Shown in pieces: positions 9,668-19,059 of a stretch of 64,000 nt of DNA. The number at the start of each line of letters is the position of its first letter. The first letter of the stretch is position 1. The DNA comes from a candidate division WOR-3 bacterium (GTDB taxonomy: Bacteria > Hydrothermota > Tepidihabitantia > SM23-42), in contig CP070686.1 of the NCBI GenBank assembly GCA_020353055.1, positions 1,323,160 through 1,387,159 of the forward strand, written 5' to 3'. Both the position numbers and the translations under genes were made by a program. The notes beneath the pieces are model-generated. The model was not told where the DNA came from. It did no database searches and saw only the letters and a program-made list of their open reading frames with translations.

Positions 9668-10535
9668 GATTCTGCACCTGTTCTCTAATTTTTTCAACTT
9701 CTTCTTTGATCTGGACCGCACTCTTGCTGATGTGAAGATAGTTTGCCTTGACGCTCAACGTATTAGCTTCGCGCTGCATCTCCTGGAGGAGAAAATTAAG
9801 CTTACGACCCGGGTGGCTTTCGTTCTTCAGAGAATCCTTAAACAAAAGTAGATGGCTAAACAACCTCTTGCATTCCTCGGTCACATCCGTACGCTCTGCA
9901 GTATAGAGCAGTTCCTGGTATAACCGTTCTTCATTTAGCTCCTTACCTGCCTCCTGAACGAGTGACAGCAAATGGTCTTTGTAGTACTTGTTGCGCTCGG
10001 GGATCAACCGCTCAATATCATGCACATGCTCTTCAATCATGTTAACCGATTTATTTATCTCAAGCACAATATTCTCCCCTTCTTTCTTCTTCATCTGTAT
10101 GAGGTCTTGGAGAGCTCTCTCCAGGATAGGTTGAAAATTTTTGTATATCCCTTCGGATTCCACCTGGGGCTGGCTGAATTTTATCAATCCAGGGATCGAT
10201 AACAGCGTATTAATATCTACATCGCCACCTATATGGTAAGTCGCGCGTAATTCTTCGGCGAGCTTCATATGGGCATCGAGTAGGTTTTTATCGACCTCGA
10301 TTTTCGTCGGAATTATTTCCCGATCTTGCTGGATGACTACGACGATATGTCCTCGCGTGAGTCGAGATTGTACTTCTCGGCGAATTTCCGTCTCACACGG
10401 CAACAGACAGTTGGGGAGTTTTATCGACATGTCGAGAAATCGATGATTGTACGATCTTATCTCCACATCGAACTTCAGCGGGGGGTCCTTCAAATCACCG
10501 CTCGCGCGTCCTATTCCAGTCATACTGTATGCCAC
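9660..10535 (-). CDS. yicC: YicC/YloC-family stress-induced protein (endoribonuclease family)
   Basis: 291 aa. N-terminal SMTGIGRA and the C-terminal LLQEMQREANTLSVKA region are typical of the YicC_N / DUF1732 architecture. Confidence 0.85.
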   Translation of the reverse strand: MAYSMTGIGRASGDLKDPPLKFDVEIRSYNHRFLDMSIKLPNCLLPCETEIRREVQSRLTRGHIVVVIQQDREIIPTKIEVDKNLLDAHMKLAEELRATYHIGGDVDINTLLSIPGLIKFSQPQVESEGIYKNFQPILERALQDLIQMKKKEGENIVLEINKSVNMIEEHVHDIERLIPERNKYYKDHLLSLVQEAGKELNEERLYQELLYTAERTDVTEECKRLFSHLLLFKDSLKNESHPGRKLNFLLQEMQREANTLSVKANYLHISKSAVQIKEEVEKIREQVQNLE

Positions 10536-10972
10536 TATTCCTCCAAGATTATTGTTACGGGCCCGTCATTTACCAGTGTAACCGACATTCGTTCACCGAA
10601 TACACCGGTCTTTGCAACCACCCCTGAATCATTCAATATTCCGGTAAAAACCTCATAGAGCCTCTCCGCCAGTCGAGGCTCTTCTGCTTCGGTAAAAGAA
10701 GGGCGCCGCCCCCGGGATACATCGGCAAGCAGCGTGAATTGAGAAACAACGAGCGCTTCACCACTGACATCCTTGATAGAATAATTGAACTTACCGTGAT
10801 CATCTTCAAAGACCCGCAGGTTCATACAACGCTCGGCGAGTCGCTTTGCCCTGATTTCATCGTCCCCCTTTTTAACCCCAAGCAAAATCAGTAAGCCGGT
10901 GCCGATACTCGATACGATCTGCACGCCAGTACATACCTTCGCTTCTGCGACCCTCTGAATGACCGCAATCAT
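10535..10972 (-). CDS. dtd: D-aminoacyl-tRNA deacylase
   Basis: 145 aa, with MIAVIQRV...SQFTL...G.RPSF...V.L.NDGPVT pattern. Confidence 0.9.
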   Translation of the reverse strand: MIAVIQRVAEAKVCTGVQIVSSIGTGLLILLGVKKGDDEIRAKRLAERCMNLRVFEDDHGKFNYSIKDVSGEALVVSQFTLLADVSRGRRPSFTEAEEPRLAERLYEVFTGILNDSGVVAKTGVFGERMSVTLVNDGPVTIILEE

Positions 10973-11005
10973 CTCATTGAGGACGTGATATTATCTGGAG
11001 TAACG

Positions 11006-11602
11006 TCATTTACTGAGTGCGTTGAGGATAGCACTGGCGAAACTTGCCGATGATTTGGGACCTGAACAGGTGATGATATTACCGCTAATCTCTATTTGCG
11101 CTTCAGTGCAGCGCATGCAGCATTTACCTATTTCGTCGCGCACCGCTGGATGGGCCGTGACTATTTTGTCGACGAGTATACCGGCGCGACCTAACGTAAT
11201 TGGCGCAAGGCATATCGCTGCGATCAATTTATCTTGAGAATCAAAATGCCGTACGATCTCATGCAAAACACCATTATCCCAGAGTATCTCACAGCCGCTG
11301 CCACCGACGACGACCAAGGCATCATAGTCATCCACACGAACCTGTTCCAACATGGCGTCGGGTTTGACAACCATTCCAAACATACCTTTTGCGGGTGTAG
11401 TATCAGTCGACGCAACCGTTACGTCAACACCTGCCTTCGTTAGAGAATCATACGGAGTTCTAAATTCGTCGTCCTGAAAATCAGTCGGCGCAATTACCAT
11501 AAGAACTGATTTTGAAATTGTTTGAACCCTGTCTTTCGGCGACTCTCCCCCGCTACCACAAGACAGGACTATTATACTTATGAGAATAGACAATTTTTTC
11601 AT
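11006..11602 (-). CDS. DJ-1/PfpI-family protein, probable lipoprotein
   Basis: Lipobox LSCGSG, and a DJ-1 nucleophile-elbow region AAICLAPITLGRAG. Confidence 0.8.
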   Translation of the reverse strand: MKKLSILISIIVLSCGSGGESPKDRVQTISKSVLMVIAPTDFQDDEFRTPYDSLTKAGVDVTVASTDTTPAKGMFGMVVKPDAMLEQVRVDDYDALVVVGGSGCEILWDNGVLHEIVRHFDSQDKLIAAICLAPITLGRAGILVDKIVTAHPAVRDEIGKCCMRCTEAQIEISGNIITCSGPKSSASFASAILNALSK

Positions 11603-11666
11603 AACTCAAGCCCCCTTGTCATTTTCAATGCTACAATCCAAAAAACGAGCCACGGTTACCCTCATC

Positions 11667-11738
11667 AGCGGGGGACGGGACTCGAACCCGCAACCAACGG
11701 CTTGGAAGGCCGTGACTCTACCATTGAGCTACCCCCGC
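11667..11738 (-). tRNA. tRNA-Gly (anticodon UCC)
   Basis: Hand-folded GCGGGGGTAGCTCAATGGTAGAGTCACGGCCTTCCAAGCCGTTGGTTGCGGGTTCGAGTCCCGTCCCCCGCT with anticodon loop CTTCCAA. A T6 run lies ~20 nt downstream. Confidence 0.9.
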
Positions 11739-11745
11739 ACCGGCA

Positions 11746-11773
11746 ATTATATCGCACTATCGACCAAAGTCAA
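11746..11773 (-). promoter_or_regulatory. sigma70-type promoter (TTGACT-N16-TATAAT) for tRNA-Gly
   Basis: Minus strand reads TTGACT ttggtcgatagtgcga TATAAT tgccggt, followed directly by G1 of the tRNA. Confidence 0.55.
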
Positions 11774-11822
11774 CATGATAATGTAATGTTATCGTATCAT
11801 TGCATTCTGGTTTTTTATGTTG

Positions 11823-11851
11823 TTGACAACATAAAAAAAATACGATAGAAT
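11823..11851 (+). promoter_or_regulatory. sigma70-type promoter (TTGACA-N17-TAGAAT) for purine permease gene
   Basis: Reads TTGACA acataaaaaaaatacga TAGAAT and leaves a ~95-nt 5' UTR before ATG 11954. Confidence 0.5.
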
Positions 11852-11953
11852 ACACAGTAGTGTTTTCCTTACGTGAGATTCATCATCATAAGCACATCGC
11901 CGTAGGTATAAGAAACATTTTCGCTGAAATACAGGGTAAGGCAGGGAGGAACG

Positions 11954-13273
11954 ATGCTGGAGAAGATATTCAAACTGAAAGAACATGATACGACGGTAAG
12001 CCAGGAGATTGTCGGCGGTTTAACGACTTTCATGACCATGGCTTACATAATCTTCGTGCAGCCTGCAGTATTGTCAGCCGCCGGTATGAACTTCGGTGCG
12101 GTCATGGTCGCAACGTGCGTGTCGAGTGCCGTAGCGATATTCCTCATGGCTTTTCTTGCGAACTACCCCATTGCACTCGCTCCAGCCATGGGGCATAACT
12201 TCTTCATCGTGTATACGGTTTGCCTGACCATGGGGATACCTTGGCAGACCGCCTTGGGCGCCAACTTCATCTCAGGCGTGGTATTCATCATACTTTCCTT
12301 CTTCGGATTGCGCGAATCGCTGGTGAATTCGATCCCCACTTGCTTAAAACAAGCGATTGCAGTTGGTATCGGCCTCTTCATAGCCCTCATAGGATTTCAA
12401 TGGGCGGGTATTGTTACTTATACACCGGGAACCATAGTCGGCCTTGGCGATCTGCACAGTGCGCCTGTCTTACTGGCGATTCTTGGGTTATTCATAATCA
12501 CAATCCTTTATACCCTCAAAGTGAAGGGCGCCATAGTCATCGGCATCATTACAACGGCCGTCGTCGGTATCCCACTCGGCATCGTAAGGTACTACGGAAT
12601 AGTCAGCACTCCTCCATCGATTGCGCCAACCTTTTTCAAACTTAATGTCAGTGCTGCGTTCACTCTGTCTTTGATCCCCATCATCTTCATTCTATTCTTC
12701 CTTGATTTGTTCGACACGGTCGGAACATTGATCGGGGTCAGCGAACAAGCGGGTTTTGTCAAAGATGGAAAATTGCCGAGGGCTAGACAGGCGTTATTGT
12801 CAGACGCAATCGGTACGGTAACTGGCACGATCATGGGTACATCCACGGTCACCAGCTATATCGAAAGCTCTACCGGCGTGGCCAGTGGCGCGCGTACCGG
12901 TCTCGCTAATATCGCGACGGGTATTCTATTTCTCATCGCATTGCTCTTTTATCCGTTGGTAAGAATGATCGGCGGAGGTTATGCGGTTGAGGGCAGTTTA
13001 CTCTACCCGGTCACAGCTCCCGCACTCATCATCGTCGGTACGCTCATGATGTCCGGCGTTACAAAAATAAACTGGAAAAACTTCACCGAGGCGATCCCGG
13101 CTTTTCTGACTATTGTCATCATGCCATATGCCTATTCAATCACGGAAGGTATTGCCGTAGGGTTTATCTTTTATACAATTCTTAAATTGGTGACCGGAAA
13201 GATCAAAGAGGTTCATCCCATTCTGATAGTTTTTGCCGTATTTTTCGTCTTGAGATATATCTTTTTGATGTGA
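11954..13273 (+). CDS. NCS2/AzgA-family purine (adenine/guanine/hypoxanthine) permease
   Basis: 439 aa. N-terminal FKLKEHDTTVSQEIVGGLTTFMTMAYIIFVQP is typical of AzgA/PbuG-like permeases. SD GGGAGG lies upstream. Confidence 0.85.
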   Translation: MLEKIFKLKEHDTTVSQEIVGGLTTFMTMAYIIFVQPAVLSAAGMNFGAVMVATCVSSAVAIFLMAFLANYPIALAPAMGHNFFIVYTVCLTMGIPWQTALGANFISGVVFIILSFFGLRESLVNSIPTCLKQAIAVGIGLFIALIGFQWAGIVTYTPGTIVGLGDLHSAPVLLAILGLFIITILYTLKVKGAIVIGIITTAVVGIPLGIVRYYGIVSTPPSIAPTFFKLNVSAAFTLSLIPIIFILFFLDLFDTVGTLIGVSEQAGFVKDGKLPRARQALLSDAIGTVTGTIMGTSTVTSYIESSTGVASGARTGLANIATGILFLIALLFYPLVRMIGGGYAVEGSLLYPVTAPALIIVGTLMMSGVTKINWKNFTEAIPAFLTIVIMPYAYSITEGIAVGFIFYTILKLVTGKIKEVHPILIVFAVFFVLRYIFLM

Positions 13274-13320
13274 GTTCGAATACTTGCTGTATTCGGATGT
13301 GAAACAGACTTGGGGGTAAG

Positions 13321-13989
13321 ATGGCAATCCTGACATTGTTGGTTTCTTTAACAAATCCATTTTATGATGGCAATTTCTTTTTACCCATTCGTTCATTGAG
13401 CATGTTCTCGAATCCATCGGGTCTCGGTGTCAGCCCGGGAGCAGAAGCCTTCGTAACCTACAACCCGGAGACGGAGAGAATCACAGCAGGAGCGAGCGCC
13501 GGCTATCTTGGTTTTGGATACATAAAGGAGGATACGTTCCAGATCTACGAAGTCGGAGTAGGCTACAGTCTACCAGGTGCTTTCACCGTAGGCTATGCAT
13601 ATGAATTTGGCGACACTTCGGTTCACATTCTCGGCGTCGAGTGCCGGCCTAATCAGCAGTTAGCCTTGAGCTATAAAACTGGATTCGGAGAGAAAAAGTA
13701 TATGTTCGGCGGGGTAGGAATTATGCCGTATCTTCATTATATCACGCTCAACTTCGGATTAGCGTATGAAGGCATCGACGACACCATGGCAATCTACTAT
13801 GGCGCTCGTATCACGCCCATCAGAGGACTAAGTGTCTTTTTCACGGCGGACAAGGAGTTCAATTGGAATGCCGGACTGGAACTTTCTTTTGGTTACGGTA
13901 AGATTGCTGGCATGTACTCGTATGAGACTACGAAGTTCAGTGGTGGACTACTCATCTCATCGCAGAAATACGAAACCTTTTTACCGTAA
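13321..13989 (+). CDS. hypothetical protein, possible small outer-membrane barrel
   Basis: 222 aa with an alternating Y/G-rich beta pattern (GVGYSLPGAFTVGYAYEFG). I recognise no family. Confidence 0.4.
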   Translation: MAILTLLVSLTNPFYDGNFFLPIRSLSMFSNPSGLGVSPGAEAFVTYNPETERITAGASAGYLGFGYIKEDTFQIYEVGVGYSLPGAFTVGYAYEFGDTSVHILGVECRPNQQLALSYKTGFGEKKYMFGGVGIMPYLHYITLNFGLAYEGIDDTMAIYYGARITPIRGLSVFFTADKEFNWNAGLELSFGYGKIAGMYSYETTKFSGGLLISSQKYETFLP

Positions 13990-14214
13990 AACCACGCAGC
14001 AAGTTTGATGATATAAATTACTTTAATCTGGTCGCATAACTCTTTCTAAATAAAGACTTATAACCAGACATTAATGTTAAATATCATGTATTTTGAAAGG
14101 ATGCTCTCTATTCTTGACCGCTCGTTTATTGCCTCAATCGTAACCATTCAGTAATACTGAATTCAGCCGATTGCTGGTCAGTCCGGGATAAAACAGTGTG
14201 ATGAATCCTCGAAT

Positions 14215-15771
14215 TTACTGCACGACCACGATTTTCGCACTGCCTCCCTGTAGGTTGCTGAATCTAATGAAATAAACACCGGTTGGGAGTCTCAGATCAG
14301 AATCTGGCTCCTTTATTTCCATCAACCTCTGCCCCACGGCGTTGTATACTTCCAACGGATAGTATTCGATACTGTGTATCAACGTTCTGTAGGTGATACC
14401 AGACCGCACCGGGCTTGTGATTTCCGGCAACCACAATTGCGCTGGTACTGTTTTGCTCTCATCTATGCCAACCTGAGGATTTGGCGAGCCAGGAGTAGGA
14501 ATATCATAGTCATTGAAGTCTGTTTCGTTGTTATCCGTGTCATCTCCGTCTGGATATCTGCCCAGACTGTGCCCGGCATCCACATCCGTCGCCGGTCTCC
14601 ATTCGCCAGTGAATACCCAGCCGTTTAGTGCACCATATCCGACTGCATCAACCGTGATCCCGTGATACCGGAGTTCCACGTTGTCCGGACCGTTCTGAAA
14701 ATCGGCTGCCGAATCAACCAGATCAACATTAGGCACCGATGAAAATTCGCCAACAACGAAAAATCCATCAGAAGGAATTGTCTGGCCCGTCAGATCGATT
14801 GTTGCATAGTCAACGCCGCCGTTTCCATTCACACCGACCAATGTTATCCCGTCAAGACTTGCGTTGCCGGTTCCGTATAGTTCGATGAAACATCCAGAGT
14901 CGGCTCCCGGTGTATCATAATAGAATTCGTTTATGTACGTGCCCACCGTGCCCACGTAGTATGAGTGGGTATCCGAAATCGTAGCGAGGCCATCGTCATC
15001 AATATATTTTAGATAGTAGAAGACCGTATCCCCGGTTGTCTGTCCTGGAACCTGGTAGTAGAATGTATCACTGCTTACCGAGATGTGCGTCATCGTTGAC
15101 GGCGATTGCAGACTGTTCACACCGTAGAAGAGCGTATCATGTTCGATCGTACCGTTATCAAGAACATAACCGTATACATCGACGGAAACACCAGAGCCAG
15201 GGTTTGTCGGCTTGTGCCAGAACCGCAAAATCGTTGGTGGTTGTGTTGCCGGAGGGCCGAAATAAGCTTCGTCAACGTAGAATATTGCACTCGTCCACGG
15301 CGTACCCACATCATAACCACGTATAACAAAACGCACTGAATCTGCATTGGAAGGCGATACCGGCAGATCGTAGGTCCACAACTGCCAATCGGGAGAATCG
15401 ACCGTATAGAGACTTGGCCATTCGCTTGAAACATATCCACCACCAGAAAACCACTGTACACCTGCGCGCGCCCGGCCTGCCGGATCGTTGTCGTATGCCC
15501 AAAAAGAGATACGATACAGTGTATTGGGTTGCGCATACATTCCCTGATATAGTTCAGCATTCCCCGCAGTGGTCGAAAAGAAACTATCCTTGGCGCTGAA
15601 ATTACCGGCATAAACAATAACATCTTCCTGGGAGAGAATAACTGAATCGCTTTTCAACCAGTGTTCGGGTGTACTACCAGCCCATGTCTCAAAACCCGGA
15701 TTCTGCAGCATATTTTGGGATTGTCCGAGCACAAAACCCAACACCAACATTATTAAGATCGTACTTTTCAT
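14215..15771 (-). CDS. secreted lamin-tail-domain (LTD) protein with CBM-like N-terminus and T9SS-type C-terminal tail
   Basis: Has a signal peptide. NPGFETWAGSTPEHW is a CBM_4_9-like start. The LTD motif is INEFYYDTPGADSGCFIELYGTGNASLDGITLVG. The C-terminal tail is LEVYNAVGQRL...GVYFIRF...IVVVQ. Confidence 0.7.
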   Translation of the reverse strand: MKSTILIMLVLGFVLGQSQNMLQNPGFETWAGSTPEHWLKSDSVILSQEDVIVYAGNFSAKDSFFSTTAGNAELYQGMYAQPNTLYRISFWAYDNDPAGRARAGVQWFSGGGYVSSEWPSLYTVDSPDWQLWTYDLPVSPSNADSVRFVIRGYDVGTPWTSAIFYVDEAYFGPPATQPPTILRFWHKPTNPGSGVSVDVYGYVLDNGTIEHDTLFYGVNSLQSPSTMTHISVSSDTFYYQVPGQTTGDTVFYYLKYIDDDGLATISDTHSYYVGTVGTYINEFYYDTPGADSGCFIELYGTGNASLDGITLVGVNGNGGVDYATIDLTGQTIPSDGFFVVGEFSSVPNVDLVDSAADFQNGPDNVELRYHGITVDAVGYGALNGWVFTGEWRPATDVDAGHSLGRYPDGDDTDNNETDFNDYDIPTPGSPNPQVGIDESKTVPAQLWLPEITSPVRSGITYRTLIHSIEYYPLEVYNAVGQRLMEIKEPDSDLRLPTGVYFIRFSNLQGGSAKIVVVQ

Positions 15772-15934
15772 ACATCCTCCCTTTGTTGAACGACACCGAT
15801 GTGAATCAAGCGCACCTGATTATTTTCTCCGAAACTTGGCGGCTTGTCAAGCATGTATTCAATCATCTTAGCGATCCTGCGGTCTCCGTTGTTCCCGTCG
15901 CAACAACGGTGGAACGCAGATGACGGTCGCGGTG

Positions 15935-15962
15935 TTGACACAAAGCCGATATTATATAAGAT
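15935..15962 (+). promoter_or_regulatory. sigma70-type promoter (TTGACA-N16-TAAGAT) for lolA-like gene
   Basis: The position relative to SD AAGGAG and ATG 15982 supports the shorter start. Confidence 0.4.
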
Positions 15963-15981
15963 TTATGAAAAAGGAGAACTA

Positions 15982-16596
15982 ATGAGACAATACATCTCTT
16001 TGACGGTACTGTTCCTTTCGCAGCTGTTTGCGCTCGAAGCAAATGAAATAATCGGAAAAACGATCGAGAAGTACCGGAACATGGATACCTTCTACACGGA
16101 ATTTGAACAAGAATATTGTGATGAGGATGCCGGAATATGCCAGCGTTTCGAAGGTAAGACTTATTACATGAAACCGAATTTTTTCAGGATGGAGATTGAA
16201 GAACCCAGACAAATCTATGTTGGTGACAGCCTTTCGCTCTGGATCTACATGCCGGATGAGAAAAGAGCAATAAGACAGGAACTCCATCAGATGCCGTTTC
16301 AAATCAGTCCAGACGCTTTGTTTGAAAACTACGAAGAGGAATTCGTTCCTTCTTTGACGAGTGAAGGTGAAGACCATTATGAGATCATGCTGGAACCAAA
16401 GGATGAGACTGACATCTACCGAAGACTGAAAGTGACGATAAAGAAAGAAACTTTTGAAATACTTGTTATTTCCGTTGTGGACGAATCGGGGATAGAAAGC
16501 AAATTCGAATTCACAAAAGTGGAGATCAACAAGAAGATTGACAGAAAAATATTTGACTTCAACCCGCCCAAAGGGGTAAAGATAGATGAGTACTGA
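15982..16596 (+). CDS. LolA-like outer-membrane lipoprotein carrier protein
   Basis: MRQYISLTVLFLSQLFA signal peptide, then the LolA-like F.Q.......G..YY.KP..FRME pattern. I prefer the start at 15982 (SD plus promoter) over the track start at 15844. Confidence 0.7.
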   Translation: MRQYISLTVLFLSQLFALEANEIIGKTIEKYRNMDTFYTEFEQEYCDEDAGICQRFEGKTYYMKPNFFRMEIEEPRQIYVGDSLSLWIYMPDEKRAIRQELHQMPFQISPDALFENYEEEFVPSLTSEGEDHYEIMLEPKDETDIYRRLKVTIKKETFEILVISVVDESGIESKFEFTKVEINKKIDRKIFDFNPPKGVKIDEY

Positions 16597-16987
16597 TTTT
16601 TTGATGGACGATTCCTGTTTTGCATGCGGCAGGAACAATGAGAACGGCCTCAAACTGAATATTATTGAAAAAAATGACGGCGTTTGGTCAAAGATCGACA
16701 CACCAGCGTGGGTTCAGGGTTACCACAAAATTGTACACGGTGGGATCATAGCGACGATTCTCGACGAAATGGCAGTATGGGCAGCGTTTAGGAAAGGATA
16801 CAGAACAGTGACTGCCGAACTTAATATGAGAATAAGGAATGCGATGCACGTTGATCAAGTATATACTGCAAGGTCTAGGGTAAACAAGGTAAAGCATAGA
16901 CTCGTGGAGGCTGATAGCGAAATATTGGATGAGCAGAATCTTCTGGTTGCATTCGCACACGTAAAACTGCTGGTGGCTGGGTCATAG
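16586..16987 (+). CDS. PaaI-family hotdog-fold thioesterase
   Basis: CFACGRNNENGL and HGGIIATILDEMAVWAA motifs. Confidence 0.8.
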   Translation: MSTDFLMDDSCFACGRNNENGLKLNIIEKNDGVWSKIDTPAWVQGYHKIVHGGIIATILDEMAVWAAFRKGYRTVTAELNMRIRNAMHVDQVYTARSRVNKVKHRLVEADSEILDEQNLLVAFAHVKLLVAGS

Positions 16988-16997
16988 AAACAGCTGG

Positions 16998-18263
16998 ATG
17001 AAGGTAAACCTGATTTCGCTCGGCTGTCCAAAAAATCTCGTCGATTCAGAAAATATTCTGGGTGCTCTCGGTGCTGCGGGTGCATCTCTAACAACATCCC
17101 CGGATGATTGCGATATCATAATACTGAACACTTGTGCATTCATAAGACCTGCTCTTGAAGAAACCGAGGAGGAGATTGGAAAAGCACTCCAGTCGCTGCG
17201 TAACGGAAAGAAACTCTACGTTGTCGGATGCGCGGTAAACCGATACGGTGCCCTACTAAAGCATAAATACCCTGAAGTATCTGGTTGGCATACGATCAGT
17301 GAAATACCCGAACTCATCAGCACACTCCTTCCGGATGCTGCAAATTTGCATGCCAGGTTGCCGACAACAGCCGGCTACGCCTATATGAAAATTTCCGAAG
17401 GATGCTCCAACAATTGTGCTTACTGCACCATTCCAGCGATCAAGGGAGCGTATCGGAGTTTCGCCATGGACAAACTGCTGGCTGAAGGGTGTGAACTTGC
17501 GGAGTTGGGAATCAAAGAACTTATACTGATCGGACAGGACACGACCAGATACGGCACTGACATATACGGACAACCCATGCTGAGATCACTGCTCCGGGAA
17601 CTTGCCGAGATACGCGGAATCGATTGGCTCAGGATCATGTACGCAAATCCCAAGACGATCGATTCTCGGGTCATCGAGGAGATCGAACTGAGTAAAAAGA
17701 TATGCAAATACATCGACTTACCGATCCAGCACATAAGTCCAAGGATCCTGAAGATGATGAAGCGGGGTACAAGCCGTGAACGCCTCGAGAGTGTGATAAA
17801 AAAACTCCTGACGATCCCCGAGATTTCTATCAGAACCACGATCATTGTCGGGTTTCCCGGTGAAACCGATACCGAATTCGATGAATTAATGGAATTTGTC
17901 GGTAGCGGATATTTCGATTGGCTTGGGGTATTTCCATATTATTGCGAAGCCGGAACGGTTGCCGCTGAATTAAGGCAACTGCCTGACGATTTGATCGGTG
18001 AACGTTATCAAACCGCGCTCGCACTACAGCAGCATTTGATAGAGAGGAAACAGAGGGCGCGATGTGGGCATGACTACAAGGTATTATTGCATTCGAGTGG
18101 AGACCGCTGCGTCGGGCACGCTGAGTTTTGCGCACCTGAGGTCGACGGGCAGATACATGTCGAAGGACAAAATCTGAAAGCAGGCAGGTTCTACGATGTC
18201 CGCATGACTGGTATGAGGGGCAGTGACCTGAGGGGTGAGATAATAGAGGAAATGAGATCCTAA
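16998..18263 (+). CDS. rimO: ribosomal protein S12 methylthiotransferase
   Basis: N-terminal ISLGCPKNLVDSE, radical-SAM CSNNCAYC, and a C-terminal TRAM-like region. Confidence 0.85.
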   Translation: MKVNLISLGCPKNLVDSENILGALGAAGASLTTSPDDCDIIILNTCAFIRPALEETEEEIGKALQSLRNGKKLYVVGCAVNRYGALLKHKYPEVSGWHTISEIPELISTLLPDAANLHARLPTTAGYAYMKISEGCSNNCAYCTIPAIKGAYRSFAMDKLLAEGCELAELGIKELILIGQDTTRYGTDIYGQPMLRSLLRELAEIRGIDWLRIMYANPKTIDSRVIEEIELSKKICKYIDLPIQHISPRILKMMKRGTSRERLESVIKKLLTIPEISIRTTIIVGFPGETDTEFDELMEFVGSGYFDWLGVFPYYCEAGTVAAELRQLPDDLIGERYQTALALQQHLIERKQRARCGHDYKVLLHSSGDRCVGHAEFCAPEVDGQIHVEGQNLKAGRFYDVRMTGMRGSDLRGEIIEEMRS

Positions 18264-18264
18264 C

Positions 18265-19059
18265 ATGACAATACAGAAGACTGTCAAATTCGCGATCTCC
18301 GTTTTATTCGTACTTCTCCCCTATGCGTTGGCTGATTCGCTGGAGATCCCGCTCGAGTTCCACGGCCGTGGACTTTTCGGCAAGTATCTCAACAGCGACA
18401 CGATACGGTTCAATTTTGATTCGTCCTTCGAAATCTATCTTAACACGCTGAGACACGGTCCCCTTTCGACCTACGTCTACTACCGCGATGACCTTGATAT
18501 GGCAGAGCAGTCCGGGGGTGTTTCCATCGATCCAAGATACGGACACTACTACATAGTTGGCGGACTCGATTACTTCTTCAGGGGTTATGTCATGACCGCG
18601 TATTTCGTGCATGACTGCATTCACGATATCGACTATGACGTAGAAGGCACCCCTGTCTTCAATCGGTTCAGATTGCGTTTTGCACCCGATGATTTTCACT
18701 ATACGAAACGTCTCAAAACGGAAAAGCGATTGTTGTGGTCGGTAGACCTTGGCTACTATCCCCACTGGGGCTTCCACGGATGGGACATCAACTCAGGTGC
18801 TGATTATACCTTCGACGTCATTTTGAGAGCGATGTATAATCTTTATTCAACCAGCAACTTCGGATTCGATTTAACGCCAGACTTCACAGTTGCCTTGGGC
18901 GACACATCGCTTTATCATCGCCATGTACTCGGATTACAGGCATACTACAAAAAGTCGGCGCGACGTTTTGGATTGTCTCTTGAATACTATCTCTTTGTTA
19001 ATGATCCGATAAAAAGTCCCGATAAACTATGGCTATTGTCAGTTTATACAGAATTCTAA
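18265..19059 (+). CDS. hypothetical secreted protein, probable outer-membrane barrel
   Basis: Has a signal peptide, is aromatic-rich, and ends YTEF. It starts 1 nt after the rimO stop. Confidence 0.4.
   Translation: MTIQKTVKFAISVLFVLLPYALADSLEIPLEFHGRGLFGKYLNSDTIRFNFDSSFEIYLNTLRHGPLSTYVYYRDDLDMAEQSGGVSIDPRYGHYYIVGGLDYFFRGYVMTAYFVHDCIHDIDYDVEGTPVFNRFRLRFAPDDFHYTKRLKTEKRLLWSVDLGYYPHWGFHGWDINSGADYTFDVILRAMYNLYSTSNFGFDLTPDFTVALGDTSLYHRHVLGLQAYYKKSARRFGLSLEYYLFVNDPIKSPDKLWLLSVYTEF

Noticed and set aside
11852-11953. Possible purine or xanthine riboswitch in the ~95-nt leader of the purine permease gene
   Set aside because: I could not find the conserved purine-riboswitch core (the U-rich junction and loop-loop elements) or a convincing three-way junction by eye. 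It needs a covariance-model scan (Rfam purine, NMT1, 2dG-II) to settle.
14146-14162. Perfect palindrome ATTCAGTA-A-TACTGAAT between convergent genes
   Set aside because: The stem is AT-rich, the loop too small and there is no U tract. It is at best a weak bidirectional terminator.
15844-15981. 46-codon N-terminal extension of the LolA-like ORF in the track
   Set aside because: A promoter (15935-15962) and SD precede ATG 15982, and the signal peptide begins there.
15979-16701. 240-aa minus-strand ORF
   Set aside because: It is antisense to the LolA-like and thioesterase genes, which have recognisable motifs. Its sequence is low-complexity F/L/S-rich, so it is a shadow ORF.
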